A DNA stretch of 64,000 nucleotides, taken from positions 129,394,001 through 129,458,000 of the forward strand of contig OX597815.1 in the NCBI GenBank assembly GCA_951406725.2, given 5' to 3'. The translations under genes and the position numbers were made by a program. Shown here in pieces: positions 12,470-26,011 of the stretch. Origin of the DNA: Octopus vulgaris (taxonomy: Eukaryota). The notes below the pieces were generated by a model. It had not been told where the DNA came from. It searched no databases and was given only the letters and a program-made list of their open reading frames with translations. The number at the start of each line of letters is the position of its first letter. The stretch's first letter is position 1.

Positions 12470-13690
12470 AGAAGGGCTAAAATTCATCCTGAAAAATAAC
12501 TACTTTGTCTTCAAAGACAACTTCTCTCAATAAAAATCGGAGACTGCGATGGGTATGTGAATGGCCCCCTCCTTTGCTAACCTAGTCATGGGATATCTAG
12601 ATGTCTTTATTGAAATGTTCTAGAAAAATACAGCAGCCCATTCTCCCTCTACATAGAAAATAACTGGAAGAGATACCTTGATGACTGTTTCATTGTTTGG
12701 CATGAAAATATAGAGAAACTTAAAGAATTCCAAGTACATATAAATGGACTTGACGTAAACATTCAATTCATGATGGAATATAGCCATCAACAACTTCCCT
12801 TCCTTGACATCCTCATTAAGAAATCTAACAATGTAATAGAAACTGATATATACTATAAGCCCATGGACAGTAATATCTACTGTTCAACTCATGCCACCCC
12901 AGACACACCAGAATGAATATCCCCTTCAACCTAGCAAAAAGGATATGTACTATTGTTTCTAATGCAAACTCCAGAGACACATGGCTACATGAACTAAAGG
13001 ATTAGCTCATCACCAGGAACTACCCACCTTCACTAATTGACATATGCTTTTGTGCCATTCAACTCAACATCTAGGAACTCAGACATCCCAAATTAAAGGA
13101 TTTACAACGAAAAGCCCTACCATACATCTCCACACACAACCCTCTTAATAATGAAGCCTTCGACACCATCCCTCAATACATTCCCCTGCTAAAAAAGGAC
13201 CACAGAATGAATTTAATCCTCCAAACACACACCATCATAAAAAGCAAGAGACAACCCAAATCTATGGAAAGTCTCCTAACACAAGCCCAAACACTCTCAA
13301 TAACAACACAGCAGCCCTCAGTAAAAAAATGCGGAAGACCCGACTGTGGGATATGCATCAATTTAATTGAGTGATCAGAGTTCTCCTTCAAACAGGGACA
13401 ATGTTTCACAGTGAAAAGCAACTTCACATGTGCTTCAGAAAACCTGATATATGCACTAACCTGCTCTGGGTAAATACATAGGCCAAACAAAAAACAGTCT
13501 ACGTAAAAGAATGGCTCTGCACAGATCCCAGATCAAAATTCCCCAAAACAGAAAATAGCATTCAGCTAACTCATCGATCCAAGCTTCAGAATTTTCCCCT
13601 CTACCAAATCAGTGACGATACAACCTGTAGCCAACGAATTAGTAAAGAGACTCTCTTTATTACAAAATACAGACCCCTTTTGTTTGCATC
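12470..13690 (+). pseudogene. Penelope-like RT + GIY-YIG endonuclease remnant (stops and frameshifts)
   Basis: Manual translation: FILKNNYFVF, TAMG..MAPSFANLVMGYL, WKRYLDDCFIVW (YLDD 12674-12685), LPFLDILI, TDIYYKP, SCHP, KCGRPDCGIC linker, NLIYALTC..KYIGQTKNSLRKRM. Confidence 0.9.
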
Positions 13691-14228
13691 TACAACAAAC
13701 GACATATCGCCTTAGAATAAACACAAATACACACGCAAATATTAAAAATGATACACTCAAGAGATTCCCAAGAATTCATTAAAAAACCGTCCCAATCACT
13801 GCTATAATCCATAAGGATCCACTTTTAGGTCACTAGACCATATTCCTACTTATTCTCCCTTCTCTTTCTCCTTCATCTTCTTCCTCTCTGCCACCTCCTT
13901 CCTAACTTTACCACTATTGCTGTTTAGAATAACACTTACGCAAATTTTATAAACAAAGCATTAAAAAAAATGTCTCAAGAATTCAATCACTACTACCATC
14001 CACAATGGGTCACTTTCGGGGCACTTGACCATTTAACATACTATTCTCATGGCACTCCCACATTCTTCTTCTTCCTTACCAAGAATTCACAATGACCTCC
14101 AACTCACAAGAGTAAACAAGAGACAGAGACAGGCAGAAACAAGGAAAATGCACTTTGTATTTGAATACTATACAAATATTCTTCAAAAAAAACTTTTTAA
14201 TTTTTCCAAAATTTGTTTTCCATACTTA

Positions 14229-14264
14229 CAGTTGAAAAAATCTTAATGACTGAAACCGGTACGG
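14229..14264 (+). ncRNA. Minimal type I hammerhead-like motif in pLTR (U3-A8 core, ACCGGT stem III)
   Basis: CAG TTGAAAA AATC-ttaat-GACT GAAA CCG GTA CGG; one mismatch each in stems I and II. Confidence 0.55.
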
Positions 14265-14347
14265 AAATGAATTTATAAAATTGTTTTAGCATTTTCTACA
14301 TTGACTTTTTTCCATATACATCAACTCATATGTTTCTTTTCAACCTT

Positions 14348-14358
14348 GTTTGTATGTA

Positions 14359-14423
<65 letters not shown>

Positions 14424-14646
14424 GTGTGTGGGGGTGATGTGTGTGTGTGGGGTGTATGTAGGTGTGTGGGGGGTGTATGTAGGTGTGTGTGGGGTGTATG
14501 TAGGTGTGTGTGGGGTGTATGTAGGTGTGTGGGGGGTGTATGTAGGTGTGTGTGGGGTGTATGTATGTATGTATGTATGTAGGTGTGTGTATGTATGTAT
14601 GTAGGTGTGTGTGTGTATGTATGTATGTAGGTGTGTGTGTGTGTGT
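14348..14646. repeat. (TG)n / TGTA / GGGG compound micro-minisatellite
   Basis: Directly visible. Confidence 0.9.
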
Positions 14647-15525
14647 CTTTATGCGTCTCTCATCTCCCATTATTTTTGTCAATCTAAAACTGTCTCTATT
14701 TGTCACCTTGTCATTCCCATTCACTCACTCACTCTCTTTCACAGTCTCTTTGTCACTCTGTCTCTGTCTGTTTGTCTGCCAGTTTGTCTATCTGTCTGGT
14801 TATTTGTTTCTGTCTCTTATTGAGCTCCTGTCAACTTTGACCAAACATGTCATCGAAGGCAATCCCACCATGACAGTAATGCCTTTTAGGTAGCTATCTA
14901 GGTGTACATTATTTAATGTGTCCAACTGTCTTTTAAGATGGTGAGGTATAATTTGAGGGAGATTTGGCTGCTGTACTTAGCAAGGTGAATGATTATATGG
15001 AGAACCCTTTGTTGGCTTGTTCCTCACAGTTATTGAAACTGCTGGAAATAGCAAGAGAATTTCCCTCATAATACACCTCTCTATCTTAAATAAATACAGA
15101 CAGATTGGATAATGTAATTCTAGCTATGCTTTGTCTGAAAACAGTTGGGATGATTGTGGTTGGAACTCTTCAAGCAGAGCTAACCCAGAGCAGAACAACA
15201 CCACCACCATCATTTCCACAACCGCTACCAACACTATCATCATCATCAATACCATTACCACAAAATCTAAATTCTAGATCAGTGTTAAGATTACGTACAC
15301 ACACTCATATGTGCAGAGACAAGATAATTGTGGTTGGAACTCATAGTTCCATTCAAGCAGAACTAACCCAGGGCAAAAGAAAACCATCGTTACCACCCCC
15401 AGCATCATCATTACCACCACTGTCCTGTGTCCACTTTACATAATGGCTTAAGTTGAATGGGTTCCTATTCTCCGAGATGTTTACAAATTGGTGATCACAA
15501 GGGAAATACAAACTCCATGCAGCCA

Positions 15526-15603
<78 letters not shown>

Positions 15604-15890
15604 AAATGTAGCAGGGTTCATTAGAATCTAGGTATTTTAACATGTAGGCGGTCTAGATAGGCCAGGTACTGAGCTTACAATATGCTGGAGCAAGTTAAAG
15701 TTCTTGGTTGCTGTATGCTGTAAGTATGCATAGGTACCCAATCCAATATAAACTGTAGATCCAACTCAAGGATGATTCCAAGTGAGACATTATAAAAGAA
15801 CAAAGGACATAAGTGGGGTTCAAAATTTTGAACCCCACTTGTGTTCTTATATCTCAATTAATGAATGCCAAAAGAACAAGAGTCACTCTC

Positions 15891-15975
15891 ATTAGCTTAC
15901 AGCTATTTCTGTTATAAGAAGCAGGAGTTGGAGCTGGGTACTTGTAAAACATCCTATAGCTTCCTCAGAGCCATT
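15891..15975 (-). ncRNA. Type I hammerhead-like motif with long stem II
   Basis: Minus strand: GGCT CTGAGGA [52 nt, AGCTATAGGA..TCTTATAACA] GAAA TAGCT GTA AGCT. Confidence 0.6.
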
Positions 15976-16490
15976 AAAATGAAGTGTATAGGATGTTGCA
16001 CAAGCACTTGACACTGTCACCAACTGTCATGACATTTCATTCGCAAACACTGTATAATCTGCCTTCACTCAGAAAGCTAAATTCTTTATTGCTACCAAAG
16101 ATTATATATCCCTAGTCTGGCTCCTATGCTATCAATATACCCACCTCTACTACTAATTATCTCAACAAGGTAAATGAAAGTTATCAACTACTTTTTGTGA
16201 GCCTTGTAAGTATTTGGTGTAATTTATTATGCTTGTACTGTTACTACTAACTGCTCCAGTACATCTATCACTTATAAAAATCTATGTTCACTGTCAGTCC
16301 AAATCTGGTCCCACTACACATCTTATACATACATAATCTACATTAGATATGCTGTATGGAATTTCTACCTGATACTTTCTCATATCAAGCACAGCATTCT
16401 TCTGATGATAGCAGGGTCCTGTCTTTCTTTTTTACTGAAATTTTAGTATTCTCCTAAGTTTAGTTGATTTTTTGTTTGATAAAAACCTCT

Positions 16491-16504
16491 CTGTTTAAAA
16501 GATG

Positions 16505-16536
<32 letters not shown>

Positions 16537-16634
16537 TTCACTGCTCAGTTCTTTATTAATCACTGAAATGCTGTTTAAAAGATGTATACATACACACATT
16601 CACTGCTCAGTTCTTTATTAATCACTGAAATGCT
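16491..16634. repeat. Tandem duplication (~65-80 bp, 2 copies)
   Basis: ctgtttaaaagatgtata(ca)n ttcactgctcagttctttattaatcactgaaatgct twice. Confidence 0.85.
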
Positions 16635-17064
16635 ATAAAGTCTCATCATAGTATGGCTGTGTGGTTAAGAAATTCCCTTCCTTTTGATTCAGCCTCACTG
16701 TGTGGCACACTGGGCAAGTGTCTTCTTCTGTAGCCCTGGGCCAGCCAAAACCTGAGTGTATTTGATTGCTGAAAACTGAAAGAAACTCTGTGTGTTTGTG
16801 TGTGTGCCTCTGTGCTTGTGTACATTTTCCACTTACTTTGCCTGGCATTCTTCTTGACACTTCTGTTAATAAAACTCCTTTTTTGCTTCATGCATATGAA
16901 AGCACGTGGAATAAGAAAACCTTTATTTGAAACCAGGGAATGGTTAGCATCAGGAAAAGCATCTGTAAAACAAATACTTCAGTAAGATATTTGTCTAACC
17001 TGTGATAGCATGACAAAATGGGTAGGTTTTATACAAAATGGAAAATTATAGTGTGTGGTGGGTA

Positions 17065-17293
17065 ACTGACACTTTCATTACCAACCTGGCCAAAACCGGC
17101 TCTGGCTCTGTAGTACAAATGTCTTGTTTTCATAAGTTTTGCATTAAAATATACCACCAAACCTTAGTCGCAATTTATGTTCCTAACACTAGCTTAATGA
17201 TAACTAAGTTATTTTACTAAATTCTTTGTTATATTTAAAATAATTGAATGAAACATAGAGCATCTCAAAATAAATACAGTAATGAAAGGGTTA
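17065..17293. mobile_element. piggyBac-like MITE (TTAA-CCCTTT ends)
   Basis: Left actttcattac, right gtaatgaaagggTTAA; related copies at 32546-34160 and 61239-63140. Confidence 0.6.
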
Positions 17294-17652
17294 AACAATT
17301 TACTCTGCAGTCTTGAAGGCTAATGATCAACCTTATAGTGTGGCACCTTGAGTAAGTGTATTCTACTATAATCTTGGGTTAATTTAAGCTTTATGAATGA
17401 AAACTGATGGACAAAAATTGTACGGAAGCCATGGTAGTTCTGTTTCAAATGTAGCACCAACCTTGTCCCACACCATGTCAGGTATTTGCCTGCCTGCCTA
17501 CTTGTTTGTCTGTCTTCCTATCTGTCTGTCTCTGTCTTCTATTCATCCACACATACACACACTATCACAGTATCTGCTCCTTGTGTTTAGATGTTTTTTT
17601 TTGAAATCACACAGTTGTCATTTCATCTTTCCATTTTCCTGCATAAATTTAA

Positions 17653-17815
17653 GCAGGAGTGGCTGTGTGGTAAGTAGCTTGTTTACCAACCACATGGTTC
17701 CGGGTTCAGTCCCACTACATGACACCTTGGGCAAGTGTCTCGCGCCAACCAAAGCCTTGTGAGTGGATTTGGTAGACGGAAACTGAAAGAAGCCTGTTGT
17801 GTGTGTGTGTGTGTA

Positions 17816-17861
<46 letters not shown>

Positions 17862-18064
17862 CATGTCTGTGTTCGCCCCCTTCCCCCAACATCACTTGAC
17901 AACTGATGCTGGTGTGTTTATGTCCCTGTAATCTCGTGGTTCAGCAAAAGAGACCAATAGAATAAGTACTAGGCTTACAAAGAATAAGTCGTGGGGTTGA
18001 TTTGCTCGACTAAAGGTGGTGCTCCAGCATGGCCGCAGTCAAATGACTGAAACAAATAAAAGAA
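17653..18064 (+). mobile_element. SINE family A, near full length
   Basis: gcaggagtggctgtgtggtaag...ggttcagtccc...gacaccttgggcaagtgtct...gactgaaacaaataaaag. Confidence 0.9.
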
Positions 18065-19679
18065 TGACTTAATATACTCAAGAATGTATTGCTCAAAGGC
18101 CCTCTTTAATGGGTTGGTTTAATTAATTTTCTGTGATTAGAAAAACAAAAATAATTAAACCCCAAGATTAAATTAATTGAAAGGACTGGCTCATTTTTTT
18201 TACTCCTAACTCCTGCACACCAACCTATGTTTAATTAGTAATTGTTTGCTATTTGGAAAATGTTTGATCATGTATTTATATGTTTATTAATTCATTTGCA
18301 ATTTGATGGAATTTCGTAACTGTCCAAACATTCAGCAAATGGGGAATGTTGACTGTTTGGATCAACAGATAAATATTTGTGAGACTCGATGAACTTAAAC
18401 AATTAAGATCTTCATTTTTCCTTTTTCTTTTTTTTCTTTTTTTTTTCACTTAAAACGATTCAGATCAAAAATATTTCCTTTTAACAATTTCTTGCTGCAA
18501 TTTCCAGGCGTGTGTGTATGTGTGCACATGTGTGTGTGTGTCTTTGTGCAATTGTGTATGCCTTTGTGCAATTCTGTGTGTTTTTGTGCACATGTGTGTT
18601 AGTGTGTGTTTGTGTATCTTTGTGTGTGTGTCTTTGTGTATGTGTGTGTTGTTTGTCCCTAACCACAGCTTGACAACTAACCAGTATTGGTTTGTTTGTT
18701 CCCCTATCCTAGCACTTTTGCAAAAGAGACTAATAGAATACATACCAAACTTTTAAAAAATAAGTACCAGAGTTGAATAACCTTTGGGTGTTTCCTATTA
18801 TCTCCACCTTCCCTCCTTAGATGCCTAGTAGAATATACTTTTAATTTCTGCTGGTAGATTTCTCTACCTCATTAATTTTTTTTCCTTTTGTTTTTTTGGA
18901 TTATATTCTACTTGAACTTTTCCTATGTTTTATTTTTTTTGCCATTCTTGTTGATAGATTGATTTGTTTCATTCACATGGCCATTCATGTGCAATCTGTT
19001 TCTGGAAAGTTATTAGCTGACAAAAATGAATTTGTCAAATGTGAAAATTCCAAAAATGGTCAATCAGTAATATACTGAAGATTCTGTAAATGTGTGAAAG
19101 ACTTCTAGAATAACAGAATTACCCTGAAGTAATGTCTATAATCCAAGGCCATACAACAAGAATGACAAAGATGAGTGTTAAATCTGTTATATAATGAGAG
19201 GTTTTGTTGTTCCTAGACACCAATTAAGGAGACCATAGATGACGTTAAGCAAATTTAATTTTTGATATTCAACAAAGCAGCAATTTTGTTTACTTTTTGA
19301 TCCAAAGTGTTTAAATGCAGTAATTTATTCCAATTATACTCCATTTAATGTGACATTGACTGAATGAACATCCACCATGAATATTTTGTTATTGTCAGCA
19401 TTGATATTTATTTGTGAAAAAAAATAGCAACATTAGTTGTAGGTTTCCATTGAGACAATAATTGTTTCTCTGCATTTCTGATGGTGATGGTGGCAAGAGA
19501 GTGTCTGTGGCTTGAACTTCAGTCACTATGTGCAAGTATTTTGCTGATGAAGGGTGAAAAATATGTGTTTATGTGTGTGTGCATATATGTATGTATGTTT
19601 GTGGATTGTATTGAACCACTTACACCTTTTATCATCTTTGCTTCACTCCTTTAATATTACCATTATCACTGTCATCATT

Positions 19680-20050
19680 GGTTTGAGCTTGCTCACATTC
19701 TCATAACTCCGATCCTCCACCCCTCTCTATTTTTCATAGTATGTGATATTTCCTCTCGATTAAAACCCAACATTTTCTCTTAACTGATCTATGTATCTCG
19801 TTGCACAGCAGCTAATGTGATTTCAACTGTCATGCTGTCCAAAATAAGGTCTCACTAACCAACTCTCTTACTTTTTGAGACATGCCCATCAAAGAAAATT
19901 CTTTCTCTAATGATGTCTGATACTTTAGGAGGCTTCTTGTACAATCTTTCTTTGGTAGTGTTTTTTCCAGGACCTATCCAAAATAGCATGAAGTGTGAGC
20001 ATTGTAGGTGCAGTCTAGCATAGTTTCAAGGCTTTTTGTTTGTGCCAGAT
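19680..20050 (-). mobile_element. Old RTE-type LINE C-terminal remnant (a different family)
   Basis: Minus-strand reading with frameshifts: KALETMLDCTY..AILDRSWKKH..LYKKPPKVSDIIRER..FDGH..RYIDQLRENVG..MKNREGWR. Confidence 0.65.
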
Positions 20051-20673
20051 GGAAGAGACAAAAAAAAAACCCCACAAATTCACCAAACAACTTATTAGTG
20101 ATTTTGGTTAATTACTATTAATTGCAAATAAGCAGTCCATCATCATTTAATGCTCATGTTTTCAAACATGCATGTGTTTGTTGAGGCAGATTTTCTATGA
20201 CTGGATGCTCTTCCTGACACCTGCCAATACCTGTTTGCAAGCAAGATATTTCTCATGGTCAGACATGTTTTCCACAGAAGACTGAAAATCAAACAACCTT
20301 GCTTGTATGAGGATGCTCATTTGCAACTATCACACAGGTTAAGACAAGGGTACAAATGCATACATACAAAACATTTTTCCATTTTTACTTTTTTTTTAGT
20401 TTCAATTCTCTCACAATTCTTTGGTTGGCTTGGAGTCATAGTTGCCATGCAATGGGACTGAACTCAAGGCCACATAGTTGGAAAGCAACCTGCTTAACCA
20501 CAAGTGCTATAGACCTTACCTGTACCTAGCAATGCTTGTGTGGTTTCAAAATTCTAATTCACAATCCCACCATCAAACATATACTGAAAGAATACCAATC
20601 CAGTGGTGTTTTTAATTAATCTAGTCACATGTTTATACAGTTGACACTGTTAATCATGAATTTACAAGACCAA

Positions 20674-21097
20674 TCATCATCGTTGTTTAACATCCGCTTT
20701 CCATGCTAGCATGGGTTGGATGATTTGACTGAGGACTGGCAAACCAGATGGCTGCACCAGGCTCCAATCTGATCTGGCAGAGCTTCTACAGCTGGATGCC
20801 CTTCCCAATGCCAACCACTCTGAGAGTGTAGTGGGTGTTTTTACATGCCACCGGCATGAGGGCCAGTCAGGCGGTACTAGCAACAGCCACGCTCAAATGG
20901 TGTTTTTATGTGCCACCTGCACAGAAGCCAGTCCAGTGGTACTGGCAACGATCTCACTCAAATGTTTTTTCACGTGCCACCAGCACAAGTGCCAGTAAGG
21001 TGACACTGGTAACAATCACGCTCGAATGGTACTTTTTACATGCCACCGGCACAGAAGCCAGTTAGCTGCTCTGGCAGCAATCACGCTCAGATGGTGT
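20674..21097 (-). mobile_element. RTE 3'-tail element with about 5 internal ~55-bp repeats
   Basis: catcatcgttgtttaacatccgctttccatgctagc...; repeated tttt(a)catgccaccggca...gccagt...ggcaac..cacgctcaaatggtg. Confidence 0.85.
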
Positions 21098-23062
21098 GGT
21101 CAATGGTAGCTTGAAACAACTCTTCTACTTTTTACTTGATGACTGTATAACAAGACCAACAGACACATTGAATTCATTCATCTGTCTTTCTCATTCTTTT
21201 TATGTTTCATGCAGAAAGCTTTTTACTAACATCTCTTTTACATCTTTTCCTGAACTGTCATCCTCCTGTAACTCTTTCATAGTAATGCTTACATTTTAAT
21301 TACTAAATTGTATTTGGACATAAAACTGTACTAATATTCTATTTTCTCCACCCACTTGATATCCAGAGGGTCAACATACCTCATCACCACTATTTACCCA
21401 CTCTGGACCTTTTTTTTTTTTCTTTTTTTTTCATGCTTTAACCCCATCTCTTTGGGTTCATAGTCTTTCGAACTGCATAGTAACTTCATTAGTACTGGTG
21501 ACATGAAAAGGCACCCACTACAAGCAGTAAATTAGTTTGTATTAAGAAGGGTATCCAGTTGTAGAAACCATGTCAAAGTAGACACGAAACATGATGCAGT
21601 CCTTGGGTCCCTTCGATGCTGTCAAATAGTCCAGATCATGCCAACATAGAACATGATGATGATACCAAATTACCTGAAATTATCCCTTGTTCTACAAAAC
21701 AAATTCTCTATTTTAAAATTACCTTAAAATCTTCATTGATATTCAAGATTACTATATGTTCCAAATACCAGCTTAAAGATGTGTTATTTTAATAAACTCA
21801 TTTTTTCCAAAATTTATTGAAAGACTTTGTATTTTAGCAAAAACATAGTAATGAAAGGCCTTACTTATTGTCATTCTTTTTAATCCATCAAATACAATAT
21901 TCCTTTTCATTAAATTATACAAAGCTTTCTTGCAAATCCTGATCATTACATTGTGTGAGCATGTGGTGTGTGCACGTGCATCTTTATTCAGCCCCACTCC
22001 ATGCTTACAAATATTTGTACAGACGTTTTGACAGGAATGTTCTAGAAGACAGTTAGGATGAGGAACGTAACCTTTTGGTTGTCTAATTTCAAACTTTTCA
22101 GTATTTTCTGAACAGCTGTCAAGTTTTGCTTTTCAGAATTTGACTTCTTTCATAACCCAAATCATAATCTTTTGAATCCAAACCCCATTATTATTGTAAT
22201 CTAATATTTTTTTGACAATAAAATAAAATATCTATCTATCTATCTATCTTGTTCTCTTTTTATATCTATCCATCTATCTATCTATCCACCCAACCACCCA
22301 CAAAATGAGGAAAATATTAGCCAACACAATGTCTCTTTGTTATATTATGAGTTACAACACATTCTGAAATAGGTTAGGTAGACTGGAAGCTAATTATTTT
22401 CAGATAAAATAATTAGATATAAAGAAAAAAAGAAAGCCATTCAATTGTTTTCCAAGATTACATGTGACATATAACTGCAAATTTTATGTGGTGAGTCCAA
22501 CTTCCTTTGAACACTGTACGTACTGAATGCATATTATAAATTTATATGGTCTTAACGAGGAGAGGTTTTTTTTTATCATTTCTGCTCCCAGCAACCAAAT
22601 CTTCAGTTATCATGGTAAACATTTCACTTCTGACCCACATGCCCTGAGAAAAGAATGAAAACCAAATTTCATTTCCCTTTTCCTATAAATATAAACTCTT
22701 GTTGTGACCTTTATAAGAATTGTCAAATGGTAAAAATTATAGATCATTTATTTGTTCATTTGTTTTTACTTGTTTTTTTTCATGCTAGCATGGGTTAGAC
22801 AAATGGATTCATAAGGTATTGTTTTACAGGCAGATACCCTTTCTGTCATTAACCCTTTCTTGTTTTTCATGTAAGGGATCTCTTATTTCACATGTCTTTA
22901 AAGGCACAAAGCCAGCAGATGATGTGTTAACAGGAAAAATAACTATTACAACTTATAGCTTGGGTTTATTGCAAATGTAAGCAAACACATATGTACATGT
23001 ATAAATACACATATAGCATGTGTACACTTGTGCAATTGCATGCACACATGTACATAAATACA

Positions 23063-23218
23063 ATGGGTTCTTTCACTTTCCATCTATGGAAACCACTCAC
23101 AAGGCTGATTGGCCTAGGGCTACTTTCAAAAACACTTGCCCAAGGTGCTATATAGTTGGACTGAACCCCTAACCACAGGGTTGGTAAGCAAATTTCTTAA
23201 CAATACATGCCTGTGCCT
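23063..23218 (-). mobile_element. SINE family A, 5' half
   Basis: ccactcacaaggct...cacttgcccaaggtgc...ggactgaacc. Confidence 0.7.
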
Positions 23219-23330
23219 AAATGCAAAAGAGCTTTTAGTTTCACCTCTCCACATTCTGAGTTGAAATCCTGCAAGTGTTGATTTTACACTTCGTTTTTTT
23301 TTTTTTAGGATTGATAATGATAAAAAAAAA

Positions 23331-23488
23331 GTGCAGGCATGGCTGTGTAGTAAGAAGCTTGCTTTCCAACCACATGGTTCCGGGTTCAGTCCCACTGCAT
23401 GGCATCTTGGACAATTTTCTTCTACTATAGCCTTGGGTTGACCAAAGACTTGTGAGTGGATTTGGTTGATTGAAGCGGAAAGAAGCCC

Positions 23489-23531
<43 letters not shown>

Positions 23532-23747
23532 TGTGTGTGTATACTTGTGCGTGCCTGTTAGTTCCCCACTCCATCACGTGACAACTGATGTTGGAGTGTT
23601 TACGTCCCCGTAACTTAGCAGTTTGGCAAAAGAGACCGACAGAATAAGTATTAGACTTACGAAGAATGTCCTAGGGCTGATTTGTTTGACTAAAGGTGGT
23701 GCCCCAGCATGGTCACAGTCAAATGACTGAAACGAGTAAAAGAGTAA
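23331..23747 (+). mobile_element. SINE family A, full length
   Basis: Same head, CORE-like block and tail, with internal (TA)n. Confidence 0.9.
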
Positions 23748-25814
23748 GTGTGTAGTTAGTTATTGTAACACTCATTTTTAAATGAGTTAACAATGTGAGA
23801 AATTAATTATGAGGGTTTTCTTGTGAAAGCATTTTGCTTGGTTGGTAACAGCTCCTGTATCACCTCAGAATTAAGTAGTCAGCTGTAAACAGGGAATCCA
23901 GCTGTAAAAATACTAAATCTAAAAGTATGCAAATATCTGAATTTACATAAACCATTTTACACACAACTGTATGAAAATCACTTAACATAAAGAAAGACTC
24001 CTTTATATGTTATTAAGAAGTCTCTTCATAGCTACTTAATCTAGTAGAAACAGCAGCCAGATCTCCCTCATATCTCACTTCATCTAGCTTTTTTGCCCAC
24101 TATTCCCGAGAGGGTTGTTAGGATAGTCTTTAGATGCCTCCTCCATGAAGTCCTATCAGAAGTAACTCATTACATTTTCTTATTCCCAATCACTAATGGT
24201 TGTTCCCTCCTCGACCAGCTTTGGGATTCTGGGTTATGTAACTTTTATACTCCCATGTCATGGCTCCAGAACAAGTTGCAGGTATATTACTAGTTGTATT
24301 GCTATATATCTTTTTTCATAGCTTATGCTTTTTACTGTGGAAAACAGGTATACCACTCAAAATGTTCTTACCTTTAACTGCAGAAAGCTGTTTTATATAC
24401 CAATCTATCTTTTGTTGTGGAATGTCATGTTTGAAAATATTTTATGTTGAGATATGTCAAATTTACTGAAGTAATGTGATTTGCATAAAATACCAATTTT
24501 ATTTTTTGGTAGACATTCAGCATCGTTACTGAAATAACTATGAACTTTTGCAGTAAACGGGTTAGTTTTCAAGTTATTTTACAATGTTCTGTGGCAATGC
24601 ACTTCATACAGCCACAGTAGTAGGGAAAAAAAATTTCCTTATTCTCCACACGACCAAGGTGCCATGCAGTGGGATTGAACTTGAAACCACAAGGTTGCAA
24701 AACACAATTCTTTTAACCACACAGCCACATGCCTAGAGACAACCCTAAATATTGAATGTATTTAATATGGTGCTCTATTGTTCCTACCAACTCTCACAGT
24801 GTTTTAGATGATTATGATGACAATAATGATACATACTTGTTCAGTTAAATTATGCAATTTGTCAAATTAATTTACATTCTTCCTTTTCTCTTTCTAAACA
24901 TGGTGCGTTGACAGTTTAGGAGACAGCATAAATATCATAGAGGAAGAAAAACAAAGTTGAAAGTATAGAAAATTAATGCTGTTGTAATGAGAAAATCATT
25001 GTTATTGTAGATATCAGACAGTTATTATTAGCAATTGCTTAAATAATTTCTAATATTAGAATCATTGAACATATTAAGCAAATAGTTTTAGATCAACTGG
25101 CTACTTTTGTTTTGATAGTTACAATATTGCTTGTTCTTTATAAAAATACTACTATTTCTTTAATATATCAATTCAGAAACAATTATTTTTGTTTTTTGGA
25201 TCATGATTTTGTCCTGTATTTTAATGCATCAGTTTAGCATTTGGTGTTTTACAACCAGATATCAAATTACCATTGACAGTTTTTTCAAAAACAAAAAAAA
25301 AAGTCTGTTGTTATATTAAAGCCCTCAATCAACTGATATTGTTATCAATTAGGAATGTTTGAAATCTTAAGTGGTAGTAGTGGTGGTGGTGGGGAGGGGG
25401 GCGAAGTATGGAAGATAACTGAAAGATCAGTTGATTGAAATTTTTGAACAACATAGAAAATCTAGATTGGAGTGGATTTGATCTTTAAAGCCAATTAGTG
25501 AAAACAATAGACATAATTCACTTTTATTAAATTTCCATAGCCAGAAACTGAGAATAGGACTGGAATATGCCCTGTTGCTTTTGCCATTAGCTTTGAATTT
25601 CAAATCCACTCAATTTACCATCCAAATATTTTAACAACTTAATCTTACAAATGTGATTTGCTGTTTGATTTTTTTTTTTTTTCCGATTTTAGATTTTAAA
25701 CACCCTTTGTGGGACTTGTTGTTTATTAATTGCTTGAATAATTTCTATTAAAGTATCTTGAATAATTTCTGTTAAAATTTCCAATTTACTCCATTACATA
25801 TGTAACACTAACTT

Positions 25815-26011
25815 ATTAGCACACCAGACAAAATGCTTAGCAGCAATCTGTCTGTCTTCATGTTCTGAATTCAAATTCTGCCATGGTCAGCTTAGCTTTT
25901 CATCCTTTCAGGGTCAATAAAATAAGTACCAGTTGAGCACTGGGGTCAATATAATCAAGTATCCCCTCCCCACAAAATTTCAGGCCTTGTACCTATAGTA
26001 GAAAGGATTAT
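25815..26011 (+). mobile_element. SINE family B (Nin-domain-like)
   Basis: gttctgaattcaaattctgcc...ctttcatcctttcagggtcaataaaataagtaccagttgagcactgggg. Confidence 0.85.

Larger units (their letters stand above)
12171..14317 (+). mobile_element. Decayed Penelope-like element (PLE, Neptune-like) with inverted pLTRs
   Basis: RT and GIY-YIG remnants flanked by ~255-bp inverted repeats (12171-12424 vs 14063-14317); a 5' inverted pLTR is typical of PLE insertions. Confidence 0.9.

Noticed and set aside
14301-14893. Cys/Val- and His/Thr-rich ORFs (also at 2.1, 18.5 and 56.5 kb)
   Set aside because: (TG)n/(CA)n repeats
17653-17725. tRNA gene
   Set aside because: The A/B boxes belong to SINE heads; no complete cloverleaf, and the sequence continues into the SINE body
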